From Octopus bimaculoides (taxonomy: Eukaryota), in the NCBI RefSeq assembly GCF_001194135.2, contig NC_068992.1, positions 47,847,069 through 47,911,068 of the forward strand: a DNA stretch of 64,000 nucleotides, given 5' to 3'. The translations under genes were made by a program, and so were the position numbers. The notes under the pieces are model-generated. The model was given only the letters and a program-made list of their open reading frames with translations, did no database searches and was not told where the DNA came from. Position 1 is the stretch's first letter; every line of letters starts with the position of its first letter. This document shows positions 26,121-37,650 of this stretch, in pieces.

Positions 26121-26884
26121 TAGCTGGTTAATAACTGGCTAATAAAACACAGTTCACTGCAATAGCAGCAGAATTGGCTAAGAAAGGAAACAATGAAAGA
26201 GCCCTGTGTTTGGGTTAAAAACACACCTTTTTCTATTGATGAGAAATCTTCTAAATAAAACTAGAGGAACACACAAGCATAAATAAGATACATATGCATA
26301 CATTATATGTATGTATGTATAAATATATGTAAGTATGTATTTGTACATGGCATAGGAAAAAGGATGTTAAATGATGGCAACAATGTATATATGTGTGTAC
26401 GTATAATGTAAATTGAACAGGATGACTAAAAGGTTTCCTGCAATCAATCTTATGGTCAGCTGTACATCAGTAGACTAAGCAAAAGTGATCAATAACAGTT
26501 GAATGGTTTAAATAGTATTTGGTGCTTTCAAATATTTTATATGGTTTCTGACATTAATTGCTATTAATCATAAGTTAGGTAGGACTATGTTAACGACCAT
26601 GGGGAAGAATTTGAACCTGTTCCAGTTGGCTGAAATAAACTCCTTTCCTTTTTTTGTTTAAGTCCCTAATAATGCAATTAATTTTAATTGAACCTATAAA
26701 TGAAATTAATTTATTTAAGGTAAAAATAAAAAGTGTGGTTAGAGAAAAACATAATGAGGATGTAGATAACATTGTGTAACAGATTTTTGTACTTGGGCAG
26801 GAACTGTTTTTTCCTATTTGCTTATTCTCAACAAAGTATGAAAAATGGCTAATATTTCCTTCAAATTTTGCTTCTGTTACATTA

Positions 26885-27065
26885 ATTCAAACTGCCCCCA
26901 AAGAATCCTTCTCAACACATGGCTATGATGCTCCCCCACTACTCCTGATCAGAAATGCACATATTGTTGGCAACTAAGGGAAATGCTAGGGTGGTGAAGA
27001 TCAAGCAACAGACAAACAAACCTGGCATTGAGCAGAATATTTGCTACGACAATATTTCTGTCTCA
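26885..27065 (+). repeat. Probable dispersed repeat fragment (CTCAACACATGGCTATGATGCTCCCCCACTACTCCTG...)
   Basis: Recognised from memory as an octopod interspersed repeat; single copy in this window, so not verifiable internally. Confidence 0.35.
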
Positions 27066-27223
27066 GCAACTCAACACTGAACCTATCTCAAATGTAATGG
27101 AAAATAGGTCAGTTTCAAAACAGGTCACAAAAGCAAAGTTTGAAGGGAATAGTAGTCACTTCCTTCGATTTCTAGATAGAAGCAAATAAGAAATAACACT
27201 TAATGACCAAAGACAAAAAAAAT

Positions 27224-27732
27224 TTAACCCCATAACATTGGTTTACCTAAATTTATGGGTGCTGTGTACTTGCTTTGGAGCAGATGATGAAAATATACAC
27301 AGCCCTACCTGTTTGTGTACTGGTTGATATAAATATCCGCTATTACACACAGAATCGATAATAGAGAATGCCGTACAAATTTCAAGGAATCTGATAGGTT
27401 TGTTTGACTCTTCATGTAAATATTTCCAACTCAGTTCAAGACTTCATCACCATAATAGTATAAAAGCAGCAGTTTTTGGCAGTTACACTACCATTTCCAC
27501 TATGACTTCCTATCAAATTCGTTCATATTCATCAAATTTTTCTGGTCCTTCATGGAATTTACAGTCGTATCCAGCCATGCCAGTTTCATCGAATTTACAC
27601 TTTTCGCAGTGATGACAGTTTAGATAAATAAACAGTGCATGTTTTGTTATGCGCTGATTGCTAATCTCGGCTGAGATGATTATTGTCACTGTAACCTAGT
27701 TGCCTGATAAAAAGCCATTTTCATAGGGTTAA
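27224..27732. mobile_element. Candidate piggyBac-like non-autonomous element (501 bp between TTAA sites)
   Basis: TTAA-CCC at 27224-27230 and GGG-TTAA at 27726-27732; first 16 nt of the ends are 11/16 complementary. Confidence 0.45.
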
Positions 27733-28004
27733 AATTTGTTACAGTGTAAACAAATTGAATGAATTTACAGATCTGTTGTCAATATAATTTCATCTAAATT
27801 TTATGAAATTTGAATCAAGCAAAAAAAAAAAATACATTGTGTGTTAAATGATGGGTGCAAACATATTCCTGAGGGCTGTTGAGTTTGCTTCAGGCATCAT
27901 ACTTAACAGTTATTCTAAAAGAATAATGTGCTGCAACTACAAAATTTACAAAACTTCAAATTCCTTCTTTCACTCTATTTACATATTGCTAGTAAATACT
28001 CATA

Positions 28005-28392
28005 AATTTGTTTACCAATGACTATCTCTCATTCACATGATTCAGGGTTCAATTCCACTGTGTGACACCTTGGGCAGGTGTCTTTTACTATAGCCTTAGG
28101 TCAGCTAAAGCCATATGAGTAGATTTGGTAGATGGAAACTGAAAGAAGATTGGTGCACACATGTGTGTGTGTGTCTTTGTGTCTGTGTTTGATCCTCACC
28201 ACTGCTTGACAACAGGTGCCGGTGTGTTTTTATCCTGATAATTTAGTAGTTCAGCAAAAGAGACCTACAGAATAAGTCCCAGACTTAAAAAAAAAAAAAA
28301 TAGTAAGTAATGAGGTTGATTCATTCGACTAAAAATTCTTCAAGGTGATGCCCCAGCATGGCCTCAGTCTAGAGACTGAAGCAAGTAAAAGA
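28005..28392 (+). mobile_element. SINE family A, diverged full-length copy
   Basis: Collinear with 9216-9620. Confidence 0.85.
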
Positions 28393-28980
28393 TACACTAC
28401 AACAGCTCCCTAGTATTTATTTAATCTTCTTTTTATTTGTACCATATGTGAATTAGCATTTTCTTCATATTTCTCCCTTACCCTAATCTTAAATATTTAC
28501 ACACAATTTTTTATCAATACCAGAACTAATTTATAATTACCTATTTCCTTACCTCTATCAGATTATATATGATTATATATGCTTATTAACCATAAGATAC
28601 TCATAACTTATCATACGTGCTCATTATATTTTCACCTAATGCTTCCAACCTAATGTCGTCCTCATAGTAGTAATCTTAGTTACTCTGAGAAATTTTCTCA
28701 CCAACTACTTTATTGTTATTATTAATGACTTGTAGGTACACAGTATTACATAACAGCTCCTGAGTATGTGTTTAATATGTAAACTGCTATATACAGTGGT
28801 TATTTAAGCAATGATTTCGTGGATGATTAATAGGTTAGATGGTTGCTGATGAAGGGGCAAAAACTCAGGAAATTTGGCTTATATGCCCGTTACCCGTTTT
28901 TTTCATTTTCAATCTCATTGTTTGTTTACATCTGATGTCTCAGATATGAAACATCATAACAAAATCAGTGCTGGCTACAA

Positions 28981-29194
28981 TTTACTCTTTTACTCTTTTA
29001 CTTGTTTCAGTCATTTGACTGCAGCCATGCTGGAGCACCGCCTTTAGTCAAGAAAATCGACCCCAGGACTTATTCTTTGTAAGCCTAGTACTTATTCTAT
29101 CGGTCTCTTTTTGCCGAACCGCTAAGTTACGGGGATGTAAACACACCAGCATCAGTTGTCAAGCGATGGTGGGAGGACAAACACAGACACACAA

Positions 29195-29258
<64 letters not shown>

Positions 29259-29413
29259 GACGGGCTTCTTCCAGTTTCCGTCTACCAAATCCACTCACAA
29301 GGCTTTGGTCAGCCCGAGGCTATAGTAGAAGACACTTGCCCAAGGTGCCATGCAGTGAGACTGAACCCAGAACCATGTGGTTGGTAAGTAAGCTACTTAC
29401 CACACAGCCATGC
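28981..29413 (-). mobile_element. SINE family A, full-length young copy
   Basis: Reverse complement of 9216-9620, with an expanded internal (TA)n. Confidence 0.9.
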
Positions 29414-29436
29414 AATTTATACAGGGTAACTTTACA

Positions 29437-29654
29437 TTAACTTGTTTGCATTTAAACTGGTTATATCTGGTGCAAAATATTCTACTTGTTTTACATTGAA
29501 ACTGATTAGATCCAAACTCTCACAATGCCATTCTAAAAATACAGAATCACAAAACTGAAATCTCAAGGCTTCAAGACAATGCATGATTAATTCAAAACAA
29601 TGTGAATAAATAAGCATTACATTTGACAAAGTAATTTGAACACTAACGAGTTAA
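29437..29654. mobile_element. TTAA-flanked MITE (family G2)
   Basis: TTAA at 29437-29440 and 29651-29654; ends are degraded versions of TTAACCCTTTAGCATT...AATGCTAAAGGGTTAA. Confidence 0.65.
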
Positions 29655-29956
29655 GGAGCGGAACGTGCGACTTCCTGAAATTCAGACTGCCTCATGGTCC
29701 CAGCAGACAAAATAGAAAAGGCGTGGGTCCAGAGGATGGTGAGAGAGAGTCAGTGGAATAGCCTCTGTGGCTTACAGGGCTCACACTTACGGATAGCCAC
29801 CTCCGCCCCGGGAGTGGTTCACAGGGATGAGGTTCCAGGGCTGGGAATACCAGAGGTCTCCACTGTCACAGGCTCGACCATAGACCTGTCAGAGAATAAC
29901 CAATACCTTGACTGTTCGCTTTTCTCAGCCTGACAAGCAGCCGAGGCAAGGCTATA
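29651..29956 (-). pseudogene. 3' end of a CRE-clade non-LTR retrotransposon ORF (restriction-like endonuclease C-terminus)
   Basis: One minus frame reads YSLASAACQAEKSEQSRYWLFSDRSMVEPVTVETSGIPSPGTSSL*TTPGAEVAIRKCEPCKPQRLFH*LSLTILWTHAFSILSAG, matching the CRE/REL motif A..AE..K..KY..L..RY.FEP.AVET.G..G....L..LG.........WLFQRLSLA..RGNA.SIL. Two in-frame stops; GC-rich relative to the flanks. Confidence 0.75.
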
Positions 29957-30459
29957 CGTTTTAGCATTATACACACATCATTATGTATTTTCTAACATCT
30001 AAATTATTTTTCCTAGCTTATTAAAATTCTGGCAGAATTATTGGCACATTGAAAGAAGCACTTAGCAGCATTTCTTCTGGCTCATTACATTGTGAGTTCA
30101 TATTTTGCCGAGACCAACTTTGCCTCCCCTTCATTTTGTGGTTGATAAAACACAAGAGNNNNNNNNNNNNNNNNNNNNNNNNNNNNNNNNNNNNNNNNNN
30201 NNNNNNNNNNNNNNNNNNNNNNNNNNNNNNNNNNNNNNNNNNNNNNNNNNNNNNNNNNNNNNNNNNNNNNNNNNNNNNNNNNNNNNNNNNNNNNNNNNNN
30301 NNNNNNNNNNNNNNNNNNNNNNNNNNNNNNNNNNNNNNNNNNNNNNNNNNNNNNNNNNNNNNNNNNNNNNNNNNNNNNNNNNNNNNNNNNNNNNNNNNNN
30401 NNNNNNNNNNNNNNNNNNNNNNNNNNNNNNNNNNNNNNNNNNNNNNNNNNNNNNNNNNN

Positions 30460-30538
30460 AGAAGAAGAAGAAGAAGAAGAAGAAGAAGAAGAAGAAGAAG
30501 AAGAAGAAGAAGAAGAAGAAGAAGAAGAAGAAGAAGAA
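30460..30538. repeat. Pure (GAA)n tract abutting an assembly gap
   Basis: Direct reading; true length unknown because of the N-gap at 30159-30459. Confidence 0.95.
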
Positions 30539-30539
30539 G

Positions 30540-30740
30540 GCGGCAGCAATGGGCTGATAGGAAACTTAGCCTGCATTTCATCCATCTTTACATTCTGAGT
30601 TCAAATGCTGCCAAGATCAACATTGCCTTTTGTTCTCTCAGGGGTTGATGGAATAAATACCAGACAAATACTTGGAGGTCAATGTGATCAACTATTCCCC
30701 TTCCTCAGAATTTTAGGCCTTGTTCCTGTAGTTGAATTAC
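30540..30740 (+). mobile_element. SINE-like family C, diverged
   Basis: TTACATTCTGAGTTCAAATGCTGCCAAGATCAACATTGCCTTT block. Confidence 0.7.
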
Positions 30741-31311
30741 TCTTCGCAGCAGTAGTAACAGTAGCAGTAACAGTAGTAGTAGTAGAAGCAGCAGCAGCAT
30801 CCCTGCTATCATGACTCTTTATCAATCATTTACATTATCTTTATTTTTGCTATTATTATTATAAGCATTATACTATTGTTATTATTATTATTATTTTATG
30901 AATCTGAACATAACTTTAAACTTTGTTCTTGTATTACGCATATTTTATATTTGTGCTATTTTTTTTCTTTTCTTTTACCATATTTTTATACTTTATAATG
31001 ATATTAGTTTTAAAATTATCTATATAGTCAGACTTCTAAAATTCTGTATGCTTAAATATATATTTTGTAATAGATCTTAAGAATTCAATTACGAAATAAT
31101 TTGGTGAATTCCTCTCATCTTTGTAAGCTTTATAAATTAGTATTCATCGATATTTTATGTTGTTATGTTGTATATTTAATTTATATTCAATTGTACAAGC
31201 AAACTATTGGCTATAGTTTTAGTTGTTTTCTTCATGAATATGTCTTATAGGGTTCGATCTGTCTTTAAAGCAGAGCAATTCATTAGTATATACTACATGT
31301 AAATAATATAT

Positions 31312-31532
31312 ATCTTTTATCTTTTACTAGTTTCAGTGATTTAGACTGGGGCCATGCTGGAGCACCACCTTCAAGAAATTTTTAGTTGAATGAATCGACC
31401 CCAGTACTTTGTCTATTTTTTAAGCTTGTTACTTATTCCATCAATCGCTTTTGCCAAACTGCAAAGTTACGGGTCGTAAACACATCAACACCCTTGTCAA
31501 GTGGTGGTGGGGGGTCAAACAGAGATACAAAG

Positions 31533-31560
<28 letters not shown>
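31312..31560 (-). mobile_element. SINE family A, 3' half
   Basis: CTTTTACTAGTTTCAGT...GGCCATGCTGGAGCACC...GACCCCAGTACT. Confidence 0.8.
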
Positions 31561-31573
<13 letters not shown>

Positions 31574-31661
31574 CATATATATATGGATTGTATGTAGAAA
31601 ACAAATCCAGAGAAGAAGCACACTGAGATGTAGAGCAGTAAATATTAAAAATGGAGAATAC

Positions 31662-31726
<65 letters not shown>

Positions 31727-31740
31727 TATATATAATATAT

Positions 31741-32140
31741 AGGTGTAGTCTTGGTTGTGTAGTAAAAGCTTGCTTCCTAACCATATATTGTTCCAGGTTC
31801 AGTCCCACTGATGGCACCTTGGGCAAGAGTCTTCTACCATAGTCTTGGGCTGATCAAAGCCTTGTGAGTGAATTTCAGAAACTGAAAGGAACCCATCATA
31901 AATATATATATCCGCACGCATATGTGTGTGTGTGTGTTTGAGTCTGCATTTGTCCCCTATTACCATTTGAAAACCGATGTTGGTGTATTTATGTCTCCAT
32001 AACTTATTGATTGAGCAAAAGAGACCAACAGAATAAGAACTAGGATTAAAAATAAGCCCTCGGGTCAAATTGTTTGACTAAAAACCCTTCAGGGTAGTGC
32101 TCCAGCATGGCAGCAGTCAAATGGCTGAAACAAGTAAAAG
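31741..32140 (+). mobile_element. SINE family A, full-length diverged copy
   Basis: Collinear with 9216-9620. Confidence 0.85.
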
Positions 32141-32340
32141 TTACAAGATATATACATGTAAATTGTTCTTGTGGCACCAACACTATGTATAAACTTATAT
32201 ATCATCACCAGTTAATGTCTATGTTACAAGCTGTCATGGGTAGGATATTTGAAAGAATCTGATGAATCTATGGACTATGCTATGTAGCATTGTCTGTTTT
32301 GGCATGGTCTCTATGGTTAGATGCCCTTCAAAAACAGCAA

Positions 32341-32371
<31 letters not shown>

Positions 32372-32419
32372 TTCTGTCTTGTCAGACTTGTACTCCACAG
32401 CAGAAATGTTAAGACCGGT

Positions 32420-32717
32420 GCCCCTCGTGGTGAGGATCACACTGCAAAAGACCTGAGGCACATAAAAGTGCCCATGCGGCAACACATAAAAGCACCCATG
32501 TGGGGACCATGTAAAATCACCCATGTGGTGCCACATAAAAACACCCAGCACACTGCTGAGTGGTTGGCAATAGGAAGGGCATCCTGCCGTAGAAACCAAC
32601 CCAAATCAGACGAGAGTCTCTGGTGCAGCTCCCCAGCCTGCCAGCTCTGGTCAACTGTCCAGCCCATGCCAGCATGGACAACAGACATTGAACAATGATG
32701 ATGATGATGATGATGAT
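32420..32717 (+). mobile_element. Repeat family D-related 3' portion with (GAT)n tail
   Basis: GAGTGGTTGGCAATAGGAAGGGCATCCTGCCGTAGAAAC...CCAGCCCATGCCAGCATGGA...(GAT)n. Confidence 0.8.
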
Positions 32718-33470
32718 AAATTCACATATAATTCAACAAGTGAACCAGTGCCTACAATTTTGTCACCTATTATCTGAATGTATTTGTTAAAGGATTTAAT
32801 TTGTCAGAGTCACGGAGTACACTACATTATATTGTGGTTTTATTTCATTTGTCTATTGGTAAGAACTAACACATATATATATACATATACATGTGTATGC
32901 GTGTGAGTGTGCAAATCTATGCTATATATCATTAATATATTTAATATTTTTCTGGTTCTTTTCAAGTAATGATATTTCTGATTATATAGTGGGTGGGGGG
33001 ACTTGAGTGTATTTTTTGTATACTATAATATTTTTCCAATTTGTTTCTTATGTGTACATGTGTGTGATGCATAGCTATGTGTATGTTTGGATGTGATTAT
33101 ATATTCTGTATGCGTGCATGTGTGTGTGTGTATGTATGTGTGCGTGAGTAGGTATGTGTATACGTGTATCTCTTCCCTTTCTTACTCTCACCACTTTCTC
33201 TCCCACCTTTCCCCCCACCTCTCTGTCACCCGCTCGCATTTCACTTCATTTCCATGCTAGTAAAGTTACACATATGTATTTCTTAAGCATTATTTTGCAG
33301 CTGGATACCTTGTTTTGTTGCTAACCCTTACTGGTTTTTCAAAAAATGGGATCTTTTCTTCTACGCATTTCCAAGAGCACAAAGAGTGTGGAAGATGTGT
33401 CGACAATAGGAATGATAACATCATCTCTTGTAACTTACAAAGAACTACAATTATAAACAAAACACACCTC

Positions 33471-33537
<67 letters not shown>

Positions 33538-33598
33538 TTATATATTTATACATATATATATTATATACACACATATTACATACATATTCATATATATA

Positions 33599-34305
33599 CA
33601 TGGTTCAATGGGTAAAATGTCACCATATTATATTTTTAATTTCGCGCATGTGCCTTGTTTTTGATTTTGTTGACTACACAGTACGGTGGGGTCAGTTGGG
33701 CACTGTCTGTGAGAAAACCGGCACCATGACGCGATTCACTATGACAGAAATTTGGGAATGACATGCTGTACTGCTTGGCATTCATGCTAAAAGCTCCAAT
33801 GCAAACATTTCAGAGTGTTAGGGTGTCAAATCTGAGGACATATAGTGAGAGTGATAAAAATCAAACATCCAGTCAACATCATGGTGTCTGGAATGATCAT
33901 TAGCAATGTTGACGTTATGCCTCCATTCATCTCCCCACACAGCCTCACACTCAATACGGAGGCCTATATCAATTGCCTGGAGGAGGTAGTGCCACCCTGG
34001 GTCAAGAGGGTGACTGCTGATAGACCCTATGTCTGGCAGCAGCACTCTGCACCATGCCATACAAGCATGAGAACCCAGTCATGGCTGTCAGACAATTTCT
34101 GTGACCACATCACTCTTAACATCTAGCTACCTAACTCCCCAGACTTCAACCCTCTTGATTATTATATGTGGGGTGCATTTGAAAGAGCGACCAACAAAAC
34201 TCCTTGTAACACAAAGATGAACCGAAGACAAAGATTATGGCAGCATTCACCAACTTAAAGAAGGAGACCATCCAGAAGAGTTTCAGGAAATTCCAAAGTC
34301 ATCTG
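33599..34305 (+). mobile_element. Internally deleted, inactive maT (DD37D) Tc1/mariner transposon
   Basis: Starts after a (TA)n run; ATG at 33726 gives MTRFTMTEIWE*HAVLLGIHA, then jumps to KHPVNIMVSG...DVMPPF...EAYINCLEEVV.PW...RPYVWQQHSAPCHTS...I*LPNSPDFNPLDYYMWGAFE. There are 37 residues between the second catalytic position (D mutated to H) and the final D; W has become a stop; the 3' end is truncated. Confidence 0.9.
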
Positions 34306-34611
34306 TTCCATAAACTGTAAAGCCCTCAAAAAGTGTAAGCCTTGCCAGAATTAAAATCTCATGAAGGACGAACACACAAAACGAACCTTGGTTCTTTTCC
34401 CTAATACTATATATTTATATTTTATACTGTGAAACTTAATTTAATTTTAATTTTTAATAAATTGAATTTAATTGAGCTTTTACCTGTAAATTTGCATTTT
34501 TATCCCTAATAATATNNNNNNNNNNNNNNNNNNNNNNNNNNNNNNNNNNNNNNNNNNNNNNNNNNNNNNNNNNNNNNNNNNNNNNNNNNNNNNNNNNCAC
34601 ACACACACACA

Positions 34612-34768
34612 CAACGGAAGATCTTTCAGTTACCGTCTACCAAATCAACTCACAAGGCCTCAAGAGTTTGGTTGGCTCAGGAGCTATAATAGAAGACACT
34701 TGACCAAGGTGCCGCACTCTGGAGTGAACCCAGAAGCAAACTTCTTGCCACACAGTCATACCTGCACC
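34612..34768 (-). mobile_element. SINE family A, 5' half
   Basis: CCGTCTACCAAATCAACTCACAAGGC...AGAAGACACTTGACCAAGGTGCC. Confidence 0.8.
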
Positions 34769-34944
34769 TACAGTGACACACACACACACACACACATGCA
34801 TACATATGTACTTGTATGGTTATTATGTATAAATGCCTGATCTTTCTTACAGTAATACCTTATCTCTTTAGATTATCAGCTATAATTGCCTGTATCAATA
34901 GACATTTCCTATATACGAGTATCTCTTCCCGTTCTTACTCTCCA

Positions 34945-35167
34945 TCATTATCATCATCGTCGTTTAACGTCCGCTTTCCATGCTAGCATGGGTTGGACGA
35001 TTTGACTGAGGACTGGTGAACTAGATGGCTACACCAGGCTCCAATCTGATTTGGCAGAGTTTCTACAACTGGATGCCCTTCCTAACGCCAACCACTCCAA
35101 GAGTGTAGTGGGTGCTTGTACATGCCACTGGCGCGAAGGCCAGTCAGGCAGTACTGGCAACGGCCAT
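34945..35167 (-). mobile_element. Repeat family D, truncated young copy
   Basis: Near-identical to 25735-25960. Confidence 0.9.
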
Positions 35168-35538
35168 TTTCCATAATTCATACATGCAACTACTACAGTA
35201 GAAACCAGTGGAATTTTTTAATTCTGTCTTATATAAAGGTATCCCTTCCTTAATGATGCTTTGTTTTAAATCAACAAATTCAAATTTAATAAAATTTGAA
35301 GAGAAAGACTTAACACCTATTTAAAATCTTGTACACTGATTCTCTAAATCATTGTTTCAATTTCCTTCAACAATACCTTTTTTAAGTGATATATATATCT
35401 TTCATCTATTGCTTTTAATCTCCATCAAAAGCTGTTTTATTAGTGACTGCAATTTCTTTTGTTTTATGTTTTACTTTTCTTTTGTCTTAGACAACTTTCG
35501 GCCAAGTTTAACTTCTTTATTAAATTTTTGTAACTTTA

Positions 35539-35595
35539 GTTATCTCTGATGAGGCAGAATAACTGAAACAAGTAACTGCTTACATATAAGATAAC
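35539..35595 (+). ncRNA. Type I hammerhead-ribozyme-like motif (partly degenerate)
   Basis: Stem I GTTATCT/AGATAAC; core CTGATGA 35546-35552; stem II GGC-AGAATA-ACT; GAAA 35565-35568; stem III 6/8 paired; AUA triplet with predicted cleavage after 35588. Confidence 0.6.
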
Positions 35596-35865
35596 ACAGA
35601 ATAAATACAATGTACTCCATTACAGGCACTGAGTTCTTTCTTTAAATTTCTACATTCCTTCTTTGAGCAATCATGTTCACCTATCAGTCTATTTCTTTAT
35701 CTCTCTATCTATCTCTCTTTCCGATTCTTTATCTAAATACTTCTCTCTTCCTATCTCGCTCTCCACACACACACACACATGTTTATATACATAGACACAT
35801 GTATACCTGTATGTTTAGATATGTGTGTGCGTGTATGCATATGCCTATGTATGTAGGTGGTATCC

Positions 35866-35868
35866 ATA

Positions 35869-35912
<44 letters not shown>
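35866..35912. repeat. (AGAT)n microsatellite; a complementary (TATC)n tract lies at 36818-36900
   Basis: Direct reading. Confidence 0.95.
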
Positions 35913-36818
35913 CAAGATAGATATCTCATTATATAAGGGGGAAATAACCATGACAGAGAAGATAAAAGATTCTATTGTTCTACCAAGGATAAAAAGCAGG
36001 AAATCTTTCAGAATTACAAACACAATGTAATTTTGTTTTGTCTTATGTATCCTTTTTTCTTGCTTTGTTTTTTAGTATGGAAATACTTGAAGTAAAAATA
36101 CGTATGATACCGCATTATATATATATACATACNNNNNNNNNNNNNNNNNNNNNNNNNNNNNNNNNNNNNNNNNNNNNNNNNNNNNNNNNNNNNNNNNNNN
36201 NNNNNNNNNNNNNNNNNNNNNNNNNNNNNNNNNNNNNNNNNNNNNNNNNNNNNNNNNNNNNNNNNNNNNNNNNNNNNNNNNNNNNNNNNNNNNNNNNNNN
36301 NNNNNNNNNNNNNNNNNNNTATATACATATATATACACATACATGTATACATACACACACATATGCACACACACATTATATATGTGTGTGTGTGTGTGTG
36401 TGTGTATCATTAGATATTATATGATATGGAAAGAACAATATTTGCAAGCTAGTAATCTTTCAAATGGTTGTTGCTTAATAAATCAAAATATCAACCGATT
36501 CCATGCCAACTCTATCTGTTGAAGATTTCTCTATCCCTTGCCAATCTCTTGCACGAATAAACATTAAATTGGAAAGCTATGCCTGATGATGCCTTACAGT
36601 GAGACGGGGAATAAATTTGATATAAATGTTATATTTTGTCTATATGTTATAATTTCATATATGTAGGTTCATATTTACATTTTGTTGTTGTTGTTGTTAT
36701 TGTTCTTGTTTATTGTAGTCTTCACCCACACAGATTTTCTGTAACGGAATATATATAGTTGTTTAGCCTCTTGGTCAGAATTTGATAGTATGTGTGATGT
36801 GATGTGTGTGTGTATGTC

Positions 36819-36885
<67 letters not shown>

Positions 36886-37119
36886 GTATCTATCTATCTG
36901 TTAACAAAAACATTCCAATGATGACCATTCCATATTTTGATTTATGTGTTATTCTTAAACATAGGTAACCAGCAATATATTTTCCCAATGTATCCATTCT
37001 TGTATTTGAGGAAGATTCGGATGCTATTTCTAAGCAAATTTGTGTCCCACGTAATGGTTTCCTTGTCAGATCAACTGTGAATGTTTTTGGTTTTTTTTTA
37101 TTATTATTGTAAGAGCAAT

Positions 37120-37325
37120 GGAGCTGGCAGAATTGTTAGAACCTGGAAAAAATGCCATATTGTATTTCTTCTGGCTCTTCAAAGTCTGAGTTCAAATCCT
37201 GCCAAAGTCAACTCTGCCATTCATCTCTCAGGGGATAATAAAATAACATATGAATCTAGTGTGAGGATTCATATTGACTGATCCTCTCCCTTCAAAATGG
37301 CTGTTCTTGTGCCTATATTAGAAAC
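37120..37325 (+). mobile_element. SINE-like family C, diverged
   Basis: GAGCTGGCAGAATTGTTAG...CTGAGTTCAAATCCTGCCAAAGTCAACTCTGCCATTCATC. Confidence 0.75.
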
Positions 37326-37576
37326 AATGGTTAATGTTGTTGTTGTTGTTTAGTCTCAGCTCAGTCCTGATCAACCAGATGTATCATCAAAGATGTTCTA
37401 GATGTGACATTCACACCTAGAACATTATCCAATTGTGACCAAGAATGTAAGAGAGCTGTGGTTGTCATTTCTAGCAGGTTCATTGATGACATAGAGGTGG
37501 AAGGGGTATAGTCCCTCTTTTTCAGTTATAATAACATTGCATTGATATAACTTCATTGCTTAGCACTCCCTCTCCG

Positions 37577-37650
<74 letters not shown>

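Noticed and set aside
29790-29884. Apparent 95-nt minus-strand exon (CTGACAG|VYGRACDSGDLWYSQPW...|GTAAGT), or foreign/contaminant DNA
   Set aside because: A different minus frame matches the CRE retrotransposon REL domain across the whole GC-rich island, which explains both the composition and the sequence.
36580-36615. CTGATGA-containing hammerhead candidate
   Set aside because: No GAAA and no pairing for stems I or III.
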